A stretch of 64,000 bases of DNA from Gammaproteobacteria bacterium (GCA_965277715.1 OZ255836.1:192001-256000), one strand, 5' to 3'. Shown: positions 9,781 through 18,120, numbered from the stretch's first letter. A program made the numbers and translations. The notes: a model not told the origin generated them from the letters alone.

Positions 9781-12700
9781 ATGCTATGCAGGTATACCAA
9801 CAAAGGGTTGTTGCTGATTGTATTTTCATTGCTGATAACGGCGTGTGGTGGCGAAAACGCCTCAACACTACCGCTACCACCACCTGCTGGCGATTCAACT
9901 AGCGGCTCCCAGGTCATCCTTGGCCCTATTGTCGGGGCAACAGTCAGTGCAGCGCTGGCCAGTAATACCGCCAACACTATCGAAACCACCACCACTACCG
10001 GAAGTGCCACCAACTTGAATAGTGCAGGCCGCTTTTCTCTACAGTTGACCGGTGTCACTGATGGTGTCTGGGTGCTGGTCAGTGTGACGGGGGGTAATGA
10101 CATCGATGCTGACGATAATGGCGTGCTGGATGCCACCCCCACCGCCAACCAAGGCACAATAAGGGCACTGGGCAAAGCGGCGGACTGGCGCTCTGGCAAC
10201 GCCAATATCACCGTTCTTTCAGAAATACTGGTCAACCGTCTGCTCAATGGCGGGATTGATCTCAATACCCTCACCGATAGCCAGGTCGAAAGTGGGTTGA
10301 ATGCCACCAGTGTGCAATTACTACAAACCAATGCCGATGTTAACGGTGACAATATCAGCAACTATCAGGACATCCTCGGCTTTACTCCGCAAAATCAAAA
10401 CTACCCGGCTAGCGTGGCATTGGCTGATCTCAACACTATTGCTGTCATGCTGGAAAGCGGTAACGCTGCACAAACAGATAATCTAATCACGGCGTTGCTT
10501 AATCAGCCACCGGTGGCCAATGCGGGCAGTGACCAGGTTGTTGCTGAAGGTAGCACGGTGAGCCTCAACGCCACCGGCACGGATACGGATGGCACTATCG
10601 ACCGTTATGCCTGGGTGCAAAACGCGGGCACCACTGTTACCTTAACAGGGGCTGCCACAGCGGCAGCCACCTTCGTCGCGCCCCTATTGCCCGCCAATAC
10701 TGCCACCGAGACCTTGAGTTTTACCCTGACAGTTACCGATAACCTCGGCGCCAGCGCCACAGATACAGTGGTCGTCACCCTCCAGGACAGCAATAACAAT
10801 GCACCTGTAATAACCAGCGCCAACAGCGCCAGCGTCAGTGAAAATACCACTGCTGTACTCACCCTCACCGCCAGTGACGCGGATACGACGGGTGAAACCA
10901 CCACTTACGCGCTCAGTGGCGATAACGCCAGCTTATTTACCCTTAACGGTTCGGCGTTGGCCTTCCAGAATATGCCGGATTTTGAGGTGCGTCCCTGTGG
11001 TGTCGATAACATCTGTAACCTAATAATAACCCCCAGCGATGGTACCAATACCGGGCCTGGACAGACATTTGCCGTCACCCTGGTGGATGTCAACGACAGT
11101 GCCCCGATCATTACCAGTGGCAGTACCGTTAGCGTTTTGGAAAATACCACGGTGGTACTCACCCTCACCGCCAGTGACGCGGATACGACGGGTGAAACCA
11201 CCACTTACGCGCTCAGTGGCGATAACGCCAGCTTATTTACCCTTAACGGTTCGGCGTTGGCCTTCCAGAATATGCCAGATTTTGAGGTGCGTCCCTGTGG
11301 TGTCGATAACATCTGTAACCTAATAATAACCCCCAGCGATGGTATCAATACCGGGCCTGGACAGACATTTGCCGTCACCCTGGTGGATGTCAACGACAGT
11401 GCGCCGGTAATGACCAGCGCCAGTACGGTCAGTGTCGACGAAAACACCACGGTGGTACTCACCCTCACCGCCAGTGATGCCGACAGCACCGGCGAGGCGA
11501 TAGACTTCACGCTTGGTGGTAGTGATGCATCGAGTTTTCGTCTTGTGGGTTCAGCGTTGAGTTTTAGCAGCGCGCCCGACTTTGAAACCCCGGTATGCGG
11601 TGATAATGTCTGTACGATTACCCTCACGCCCAGCGATGGGCTTAATACCGGCAGTGGGCAAACTGTAACGGTTAGTGTCCAGGATCTGAACGACACTGCG
11701 CCGGTAATGAGCAGCGCCAGTACGGTCAGTGTCGACGAAAACACCACGGTGGTACTCACCCTCACCGCCAGCGATGCCGACAGCACCGGCGAGACGATAA
11801 GCTTCACGCTTGGTGGTAGTGATGCATCGAGTTTTCGTCTTGTGGGTTCAGTGTTGAGTTTTAGCAGCGCGCCCGACTTTGAAACCCCGGTATGCGGTGA
11901 TAATGTCTGTACGATTACCCTCACGCCCAGCGATGGGCTTAATACCGGCAGTGGGCAAACTGTAACGGTTAGCGTCCAGGATCTGAACGACACTGCGCCG
12001 GTAATGACCAGCGCCAGTACGGTCAGTGTCGACGAAAACATCACGGTGGTACTCACCCTCACCGCCAGTGACGCGGATACGACAGGTGAAACCACCACTT
12101 ACGCGCTCAGTGGCGATAACGCCAGCTTATTTACCCTTAACGGTTCGGCGTTGGCCTTCCAGAATATGCCGGATTTTGAGGTGCGTCCCTGTGGTGTCGA
12201 TAACATCTGTAACCTAATAATAACCCCTAGCGATGGTATCAATACCGGGCTTGGACAGACATTTGCCGTCACCCTGGTGGATGTCAACGACAGTGCGCCG
12301 GTAATGAGCAGCGCCAGTACGGTCAGTGTCGACGAAAACACCACGGTGGTACTCACCCTCACCGCCAGTGATGCCGACAGCACCGGCGAGGCGATAGACT
12401 TCACGCTTGGTGGTAGTGATGCATCGAGTTTTCGTCTTGTGGATTCAGCGTTGAGTTTTAGCAGCGCGCCCGACTTTGAAACCCCGGTATGCGGTAATAA
12501 TATCTGTACTATCACCATTACCCCCAGTGACGGCGTCAATATTGGCAGCGCACAAACGATCACAGTAACCGTTAACGACCTCGCCGCCATCACTCTGGCG
12601 AATAGCAATATCAACGAGGGAAACAGCGGTACGACAGTAGTCAATGTCAACGTTAGCCTCGCGTCGATAGCTACCGCCAGTGTCAGTTTCAGTGTGAGCG

Positions 12701-13620
12701 ACGGCACAGCGACTACAGCAGATAATGACTACAGCGTAGCCAACAGCACCGGCACCCTTAACTTTACCGGTGGCTCGACAACCGCAGTGGTAGCTATCAC
12801 CATCAATGGCGACACACAAGTAGAGAGCGATGAAACCCTCAGCATTGTACTAAGTAACCCCATCAACGCCGAACTACAGGGCATTAGCACAGCAATATTG
12901 ACGATCAACAACGATGATTCAGCAGCCCCAACGCTTAACGACACCGGCGTTGTGTTTGGTGCAGACACCAACCTGAACAACAGTGGTTGCACCAGCGCCG
13001 ATACGGTTATCGCCCAGCAGGATTGTTCGCGGGGCCGGGATGTCACCAATAACGACGCCAGCGATGGCCACGCGGGGTTTAGTTTCACCAAAATCAGCAG
13101 CACAGGTCAACCCCTGGCGGCTAGTGCTAGCGCTTGGGCCTGTACACAGGACAATATCACCGGTCTGATGTGGGAGGTAAAAACCAATGATAACGGCCTA
13201 CACGATAGGGGTGATATGTACACTTGGTATAGCACCGACAGTAGCAATAATGGTGGCAATGCGGGTACCGAAAATACTACAACCAGCTGCTTTGGCTACA
13301 ATAATGCCGATGCAGCGACCTTTTGCAACACCCAGGCGTATGTGGCACGCATTAACGCGGCGGGCCTATGCGGTTTTACTGATTGGATCTTGCCGGGCCG
13401 TGAACAACTGCGCTCGATAGCCAATCGCAATAGTTTTAATCCGGCTATCGATACCGCTTATTTTCCAAATACCCGATCCGATAATTTTTATTGGTCGTCG
13501 TCGCCCCTCGCCAACAACAATGCCAACGCGTGGGACTTCTTCTTCTTCGACGGCAGCGATAGCAACTTCTTCAGCAAGAGTAGCAACCATTTTGTTCGTG
13601 TTGTTCGCGCCAGTCAGTAG
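9781..13620 (+). CDS. Large surface lipoprotein: PKD-like domain, six cadherin-like repeats, Calx-beta domain and C-terminal DUF1566 (Lcl/CLec) domain; DGR target 1
   Basis: Lipobox LLITA-C; NQPPVANAGSDQ; repeated PDFE and D(V/L)ND-AP motifs; INEGNSG..DGTAT..GDTQVESDET; DNITGLMWE..LCGFTDWILP..YWSSS..VRVVR. Confidence 0.9.
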   Translation: MLCRYTNKGLLLIVFSLLITACGGENASTLPLPPPAGDSTSGSQVILGPIVGATVSAALASNTANTIETTTTTGSATNLNSAGRFSLQLTGVTDGVWVLVSVTGGNDIDADDNGVLDATPTANQGTIRALGKAADWRSGNANITVLSEILVNRLLNGGIDLNTLTDSQVESGLNATSVQLLQTNADVNGDNISNYQDILGFTPQNQNYPASVALADLNTIAVMLESGNAAQTDNLITALLNQPPVANAGSDQVVAEGSTVSLNATGTDTDGTIDRYAWVQNAGTTVTLTGAATAAATFVAPLLPANTATETLSFTLTVTDNLGASATDTVVVTLQDSNNNAPVITSANSASVSENTTAVLTLTASDADTTGETTTYALSGDNASLFTLNGSALAFQNMPDFEVRPCGVDNICNLIITPSDGTNTGPGQTFAVTLVDVNDSAPIITSGSTVSVLENTTVVLTLTASDADTTGETTTYALSGDNASLFTLNGSALAFQNMPDFEVRPCGVDNICNLIITPSDGINTGPGQTFAVTLVDVNDSAPVMTSASTVSVDENTTVVLTLTASDADSTGEAIDFTLGGSDASSFRLVGSALSFSSAPDFETPVCGDNVCTITLTPSDGLNTGSGQTVTVSVQDLNDTAPVMSSASTVSVDENTTVVLTLTASDADSTGETISFTLGGSDASSFRLVGSVLSFSSAPDFETPVCGDNVCTITLTPSDGLNTGSGQTVTVSVQDLNDTAPVMTSASTVSVDENITVVLTLTASDADTTGETTTYALSGDNASLFTLNGSALAFQNMPDFEVRPCGVDNICNLIITPSDGINTGLGQTFAVTLVDVNDSAPVMSSASTVSVDENTTVVLTLTASDADSTGEAIDFTLGGSDASSFRLVDSALSFSSAPDFETPVCGNNICTITITPSDGVNIGSAQTITVTVNDLAAITLANSNINEGNSGTTVVNVNVSLASIATASVSFSVSDGTATTADNDYSVANSTGTLNFTGGSTTAVVAITINGDTQVESDETLSIVLSNPINAELQGISTAILTINNDDSAAPTLNDTGVVFGADTNLNNSGCTSADTVIAQQDCSRGRDVTNNDASDGHAGFSFTKISSTGQPLAASASAWACTQDNITGLMWEVKTNDNGLHDRGDMYTWYSTDSSNNGGNAGTENTTTSCFGYNNADAATFCNTQAYVARINAAGLCGFTDWILPGREQLRSIANRNSFNPAIDTAYFPNTRSDNFYWSSSPLANNNANAWDFFFFDGSDSNFFSKSSNHFVRVVRASQ
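10795..12588 (+). repeat. Intragenic tandem array of two cadherin-repeat types (300-bp A, 297-bp B) in the order A-A-B-B-A-B
   Basis: Near-identical DNA units: A carries TTYALSGDNASLF..PCGVDNICNL, B carries FTLGGSDASSF..PVCG(D/N)N(V/I)CTI. Confidence 0.9.
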
Positions 13621-13632
13621 CCTTGGTTTTTG
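13489..13632 (+). repeat. DGR variable region VR1 plus conserved 3' IMH-like tail
   Basis: Aligns to 14579-14724; differences sit at codon positions 1-2 of NNC/NNT codons; shared tail TTTGTTCGTGTTGTTCGCGCCAGYCAGTAGCCTTGGTTTTT. Confidence 0.88.
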
Positions 13633-13651
13633 GTGAGGTGAGGGTGCCGAA

Positions 13652-14127
13652 ATGAATCCGTTTATGCCGACGATTGTCCGAGATGTCGAGCGCCTTAGCT
13701 ATTGGGGGCATTACAGTCATGCTAATAGTTTTCGCCTACGTCAGCAACTGATGCAGCAATTTCCCTGGTTACCCGTTTTATTTTCAAGCCATCAGGGAAA
13801 GCTGATACGCAAGTATTACCCACCCAAACAACTTCATTGGTGTGAAGGCAGGGCTAATCTTGTCAGTCAGTTGCAGTATTTTCGCCACTTTTACCCACAG
13901 GTGTTGTTGTGTTAGTACAGTTGGGCTATCAGATGTTGCTGGTAACGCCTGATATGGCGATCGGTGATATCTTGCAAAAAGCCCCGCGTTATCAATGGAA
14001 CAAAGCCATAAAACCCACGCAATCGGCAGTATGGGTTAGTGAACAAGGCTATCTTCAAAACGGTGGTCGCCACCGTATCGCCACCCATTTTACCAACTAT
14101 ATTTCCCCCCTCAATAGTTATGACTAA
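13652..14127 (+). pseudogene. DGR core remnant: Avd-like N-terminus fused to a DGR RT C-terminus and MutS-I-like (MSL) tail; frameshifted near 13910
   Basis: MNPFMPTIVRDVERL resembles an Avd start; SYWGHYSHANSFRLRQ..FPWL resembles a DGR RT thumb end; FRHFYPQVLL/LVQLGY resembles MutS-I; no YxDD motif. Confidence 0.7.
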
Positions 14128-14146
14128 CCACCTGGAGGCAGTGACC

Positions 14147-14710
14147 ATGCCCGGATTAGAACACCCCAAAGTAACGCAATTACGTTACGCGCTAGTATTA
14201 CTGCTCTGCTGTGTGGCAAGCGGTATCGCTAGCGCAACGTGCAATAGCAATATCGTGCGTACAGCGCCAGACAACCGCTACCAGATTCAAGCAGGGGGCG
14301 CAGAGGTGCTGGATACACAAACCAATTTGATCTGGCAACGCTGTAGTCTAGGGCAAACCTTTAATAATCTAGGCACCGCAGAGACCAGCGATGATCGCTG
14401 TGATAACAGCGCCACAGCTTACACCTGGCAGGGGGCGTTACAGGCAGCGCAGGGTATTGCGACTAATAGTGGTCAGGCGTGGTTTTTGCCGAATATCAAC
14501 GAGCTGGCCAGTCTTGTCGAGCTGGCGTGTAGCCCGGTTATCAATGAAACCGTTTTTCCTGACACACCATCGTCTACTTATTGGTCGTCGTCGCCCGTCG
14601 CCTCCAACAATATCGCCGCGTGGATCCTCGACTTCAGCAGCGGCGGCGATGACTTCAGCAGCAAGAATGACAACAGCCGTTTTGTTCGTGTTGTTCGCGC
14701 CAGCCAGTAG
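14147..14710 (+). CDS. Secreted DUF1566 (Lcl/CLec) protein; DGR target 2
   Basis: GGAGG RBS at 14134, hydrophobic signal peptide, VLDTQTNLIWQRCSLGQ, WFLPNINELASLV, YWSSS..AW..F..G..VRVVRASQ. Confidence 0.9.
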   Translation: MPGLEHPKVTQLRYALVLLLCCVASGIASATCNSNIVRTAPDNRYQIQAGGAEVLDTQTNLIWQRCSLGQTFNNLGTAETSDDRCDNSATAYTWQGALQAAQGIATNSGQAWFLPNINELASLVELACSPVINETVFPDTPSSTYWSSSPVASNNIAAWILDFSSGGDDFSSKNDNSRFVRVVRASQ

Positions 14711-14724
14711 CCTTGGTTTTTTGG
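14579..14724 (+). repeat. DGR variable region VR2 plus IMH-like tail
   Basis: Same length and frame as VR1, with the same invariant scaffold codons and 3' tail. Confidence 0.88.
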
Positions 14725-14782
14725 AAGGGGAGTGTAAAAGGTGGAGGGTTGAACAATTTGGATACACCCATAAGCCCACTTT

Positions 14783-14830
14783 CTAGCCCCCATGTATTTA
14801 CTTGTATGCAAGCTAATACAAGGTAGGCGG
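14783..14830. repeat. Degenerate copy of a 48-bp palindromic element
   Basis: CTAGCCCCCATGTATTTACTTGTATGCAAGCTAATACAAGG; homologous to 27438-27485 and 52586-52633. Confidence 0.7.
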
Positions 14831-14990
14831 TGCTCCATTGTATATATGGAGTATTTCGACAATGCCATGTGGCTCGTCGATATGGTAGTACACATGATAA
14901 CGCCGGTATACCAGCATACGTATGTGCGGATACTGTGCGTATCGTGCCACGTTCGCATGAGGAAAAAGCGGTAGCGTATCTTCAATAAAA
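14813..14990 (-). pseudogene. RelE/ParE-type toxin C-terminal fragment (not in the ORF track)
   Basis: Manual translation: FIEDTLPLFPHANVARYAQYPHIRMLVYRRYHVYYHIDEPHGIVEILHIYNGAPPTLY*; no start codon. Confidence 0.65.
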
Positions 14991-15044
14991 CAGACACCCT
15001 AGCATGAGAAGAGTTTTCGCCAATTGTGCGTGATGTGATTCTCT

Positions 15045-15132
15045 TTGACAGAATAGTTTGCAAAAAACGGGCGCAAAAAAGAGGCAAATCGGCTTTTCTG
15101 TAGTAGAGCAGTCTTGAACCCGACAGGCTCCT
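15045..15132. repeat. Solo end of a dispersed MITE-like repeat
   Basis: AAATCGGCTTTTCTGTAGTAGAGCAGTCTTGAACCCGACAGGCTCCT matches the reverse complement of 52879-52967. Confidence 0.75.
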
Positions 15133-15177
15133 CGCCCTGATATCGCGCTTTTGTCAAATTCACGTTACAGTACCTAG

Positions 15178-15423
15178 ATGGCTACTATGATTTCTGAAGT
15201 TTATGAGGCGTTCCGTGTCGTAGGCGTACCGGAAGATAAGGCCCGTGAGGCGGCAGAGGCTCTTTCTGCTGAGAGTTTGGCGACTAAAGGGGATATTCAA
15301 TCGCTTAAAGAACAAACGAAACCTGACATTGCCCGATTGGAGACTAAAATTACCCTGTTGCAATGGATGGTCGGTCTGGTGATTGTGGTTGAAATATTGC
15401 CTTTGCTGAAGACGCTGTTTTAG
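15178..15423 (+). CDS. Small coiled-coil protein with C-terminal TM helix (DUF1640/CCDC90-like)
   Basis: EVYEAF..GVPEDKAREAAEA, LATKGDI, LLQWMVG pattern. Confidence 0.7.
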   Translation: MATMISEVYEAFRVVGVPEDKAREAAEALSAESLATKGDIQSLKEQTKPDIARLETKITLLQWMVGLVIVVEILPLLKTLF

Positions 15424-15447
15424 GTTCTTATTAACCATTGAAATAGA

Positions 15448-15530
15448 CGCAACTTCAAGAGCCTCAACCGCCTTATTCGTTTTTTTGCGCTAATCAGTAG
15501 CCTTGGTTTTTTTGGGGAGGGGTGTGAAGG
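15448..15530 (+). repeat. Eroded third VR 3' end plus IMH-like tail, with no target gene
   Basis: CGC AAC TTC AAG AGC CTC AAC CGC CTT ATT CGT TTT TTT GCGCT AAT CAG TAG CCTTGGTTTTTTTGG parallels the VR1/VR2 ends. Confidence 0.7.
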
Positions 15531-15708
15531 GTTGGCGTGATATTTGTGGTGCACAAATCCAGTTCAGTTTGTTTTGTTCGACCGGACTTCCTAAGCCAAT
15601 TCAAAATTTCTACTAGCTTATGAATGCCCCATTTCCCTTTTTCTCCTGGGCAGGAAATAGTATTAATTATGAGATGAGGCCATGGAAATATTCATATATT
15701 GATCATAT

Positions 15709-16497
15709 TTAAAAATGCGCAAGGTGTGGTTTTATCACCTGCAACATAGCATGGAAAATTTTGGGGTTGGCCGCCACTATCTGCTTACCGTGTAACCAAT
15801 CTTCACCGCCACTGAAATCGCCAATTAAGCCACCCGCTTCACGGATGATTAAACTCCCGGCGGCAATGTCCCAGGGGTTTAACCCGGTTTCCCAAAAGCC
15901 GTCGAGCCTGCCAGAGGCAACATAAGCCAGATCAAGCGCCGCCGCACCCGGTCGCCGGATACCGGTGGTGTGCTGGATAAAATCACGTAACAATGCCATG
16001 TAATGGTCGGTATTTTGTGTTTCAAGGTAGGGAAAACCCGTGCCAAGCAGGCTGTTTTCCAGTGTGCGGTGGTTGGATACGCGCAGGCGTTTGTTATCCA
16101 GCCAGGCGCCGCGCCCGCGTGAAGCGGTGAATAGTTCCTGGCTGACTGGATCATAGATAACTGCCTGTTCGAGCTTGCCGGATTTTTGCAATGCAATGGA
16201 TACGGCAAATTGTGGGAATCCGTGCAGGTAGTTGGTCGTGCCATCCAGTGGGTCGATAATCCACACGTAATCACTGTTACCCGATGCACCGGATTCCTCT
16301 GCCAAAACCGCGTGGTCGGGGTAGGACTGGTGTAGCGTCTGGATGATTTTTTCCTCGGCCTGCCGGTCGACATTCGAGACAAAATCATTGTGTTGTTTTT
16401 TTTCTATCGTCAGTGTATCGATGCGTTCGAATTGACGCATAATAACGTTGCCAGCGGCGCGGGCAGCGCGGATGGCAATATTCAACATAGGATGCAT
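15709..16497 (-). CDS. suhB: Inositol monophosphatase / Nus factor SuhB
   Basis: MHPMLNIAIRAAR, WIIDPLDGTTNY, RRPGAAALDLAYVA, PWDIAAG; divergent from trmJ. Confidence 0.96.
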   Translation of the reverse strand: MHPMLNIAIRAARAAGNVIMRQFERIDTLTIEKKQHNDFVSNVDRQAEEKIIQTLHQSYPDHAVLAEESGASGNSDYVWIIDPLDGTTNYLHGFPQFAVSIALQKSGKLEQAVIYDPVSQELFTASRGRGAWLDNKRLRVSNHRTLENSLLGTGFPYLETQNTDHYMALLRDFIQHTTGIRRPGAAALDLAYVASGRLDGFWETGLNPWDIAAGSLIIREAGGLIGDFSGGEDWLHGKQIVAANPKIFHAMLQVIKPHLAHF

Positions 16498-16555
16498 GTC
16501 GCAGACAACAGGTGATTTGGAAGGGGCGGCATGATAGCAGAATTTGAGGTGATCA

Positions 16556-17278
16556 ATGCAGCAAAACGTGCGTTTTGTGCTGGTGGAAACATCGCACCCC
16601 GGCAATATCGGTGCCGCCGCCAGGGCGATGAAAAATATGCAGTGCAGTCAGCTTTACCTGGTGCGGCCCCGGTTTTTTCCACACGCCGATGCCACTGCGC
16701 GCGCAGCGGGTGCAGATGATATTCTGGCGCAGGCTCAGGTGTGTGAATCGCTGGAGCAGGCTTTGCAGGGCTGTCATCTGGTGTATGGTGCCTCGGCGCG
16801 ATTGCGCAGTATTGCCTGGCCATTGGAAACCCCGCGCCAGTGTGCCAGTGCTATCGCTGCAAACCGTGAACAAAGCACCCCGGCAATTGTATTTGGTCGC
16901 GAGCGCACGGGCTTGACCAATGAAGAGCTCGATCTATGCCACAAGATGCTGCATATCCCCTGTAACCCGGACTACAGTTCACTCAACATTGCGGCGGCAT
17001 TGCAAGTGGTTGCGTATGAACTCTTTGTGGCAAATGCCGAACCGGAGGTACAAACTGACCACTATGAAACCGGTGAGCGCGCTGCCACGCTTGAAGAAAT
17101 GACGCTGTTTTACGCACACCTTGAGCGCACTATCACCGCAACACAGTTTCTGGACCCGGATAACCCCCGCCAACTGCCGCGTCGTCTACGTCGTTTTTTT
17201 AATCGCAGTAAACCGAGTAACGTGGAGCTTAATATTCTGCGCGGTATTTTAACTTCGGTCGAAAAACACACAGGCTAA
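16556..17278 (+). CDS. trmJ: tRNA C32/U32 2'-O-methyltransferase (SPOUT)
   Basis: SHPGNIGAAARAMKNM, FGRERTGLTNEEL, SSLNIAAA, ELNILRGIL. Confidence 0.93.
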   Translation: MQQNVRFVLVETSHPGNIGAAARAMKNMQCSQLYLVRPRFFPHADATARAAGADDILAQAQVCESLEQALQGCHLVYGASARLRSIAWPLETPRQCASAIAANREQSTPAIVFGRERTGLTNEELDLCHKMLHIPCNPDYSSLNIAAALQVVAYELFVANAEPEVQTDHYETGERAATLEEMTLFYAHLERTITATQFLDPDNPRQLPRRLRRFFNRSKPSNVELNILRGILTSVEKHTG

Positions 17279-17320
17279 GAAAGGCGGTTTTATATTGCCA
17301 GTGGATGTGATCGGCGTAGA

Positions 17321-17345
17321 ATAACCTACTAATTTAGTCAAGTAT
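17321..17345 (+). promoter_or_regulatory. IscR type-1-like operator upstream of cysE
   Basis: ATAACCTACTAATTTAGTCAAGTAT, a 25-bp imperfect palindrome resembling the IscR type-1 consensus. Confidence 0.65.
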
Positions 17346-17358
17346 TTGAGTGGTACAT

Positions 17359-18120
17359 ATGTTCAGTTATTTGAAGGAAGACATTGGGTGTGTTTTTGAC
17401 CGCGACCCCGCATCGAGGAATACGTTTGAAGTCATCACAACGTACCCTGGAGTGCACGCCATTATTTTTTACCGTGTTGCCAACCGACTTTGGCGGTGTG
17501 GTTGCAAGTGGCTGGCCCGCATGGTGTCGCATATTGCGCGTTGGCTGACGGGCATTGAAATTCACCCCGGTGCGACTATTGGGCGGCGGTTTTTTATCGA
17601 CCACGGTATGGGGACAGTGATCGGTGAAACAGCCGAAATAGGTAACGATGTGACGCTCTATCAAGGTGTGACACTGGGTGGTACTTCACCAATGGGCGAT
17701 AAGCGCGGCGATAAGCGCCATCCCACACTTGAAGATGGTGTGATCGTGGGGGCCGGTGCCAAAATACTTGGCCCGTTCAATGTGGGGCGTGGCGCCCGCG
17801 TTGGTTCTAATGCGGTTGTTATCAAGCCTGTTCCGCCCGGTGCTACTGTAGTCGGTATACCTGGGCGGGTCGTTGCGCCTAAATCCGGTACGGAAAAGCG
17901 TGATGCTCTGGCGAGAAAGGTGGGCTTTGATGCCTATGCAACAACACCGGATATGCCCGACCCCGTCGCCAATGCAATCAGCGGCCTGCTGGATCATATC
18001 CAGGCAATGGATAAACGCATGGAAGAGATGTGCTGTGCACTGAAAGCCATGGGTTCGCCTGTGGCAGAACTGCCCCCTTGCGATGTGGTGTTTTCAGAGG
18101 AGACAAATAAAGGTGAATAA
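17359..18120 (+). CDS. cysE: Serine O-acetyltransferase
   Basis: [32 protein letters not shown] hexapeptide repeats. Confidence 0.95.
   Translation: MFSYLKEDIGCVFDRDPASRNTFEVITTYPGVHAIIFYRVANRLWRCGCKWLARMVSHIARWLTGIEIHPGATIGRRFFIDHGMGTVIGETAEIGNDVTLYQGVTLGGTSPMGDKRGDKRHPTLEDGVIVGAGAKILGPFNVGRGARVGSNAVVIKPVPPGATVVGIPGRVVAPKSGTEKRDALARKVGFDAYATTPDMPDPVANAISGLLDHIQAMDKRMEEMCCALKAMGSPVAELPPCDVVFSEETNKGE

Noticed and set aside
10795-12588. Long regular repeats as a possible CRISPR array
   Set aside because: Units are ~300 bp, in frame within a CDS, with no unique spacers and no cas genes.
11205-12707. Long antisense ORFs (297 and 202 aa)
   Set aside because: Shadow frames of the repetitive cadherin coding strand.
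14578-15087. 169-aa minus-strand ORF as a real gene
   Set aside because: It spans a MITE end, the toxin fragment in another frame, a palindrome and antisense VR2; no recognisable motifs.
13489-15530. One of the VR-like copies acting as the DGR template repeat
   Set aside because: Each copy has non-A bases where another has A, two are coding 3' ends and the third is a short decayed fragment; none is uniformly AAC-rich.
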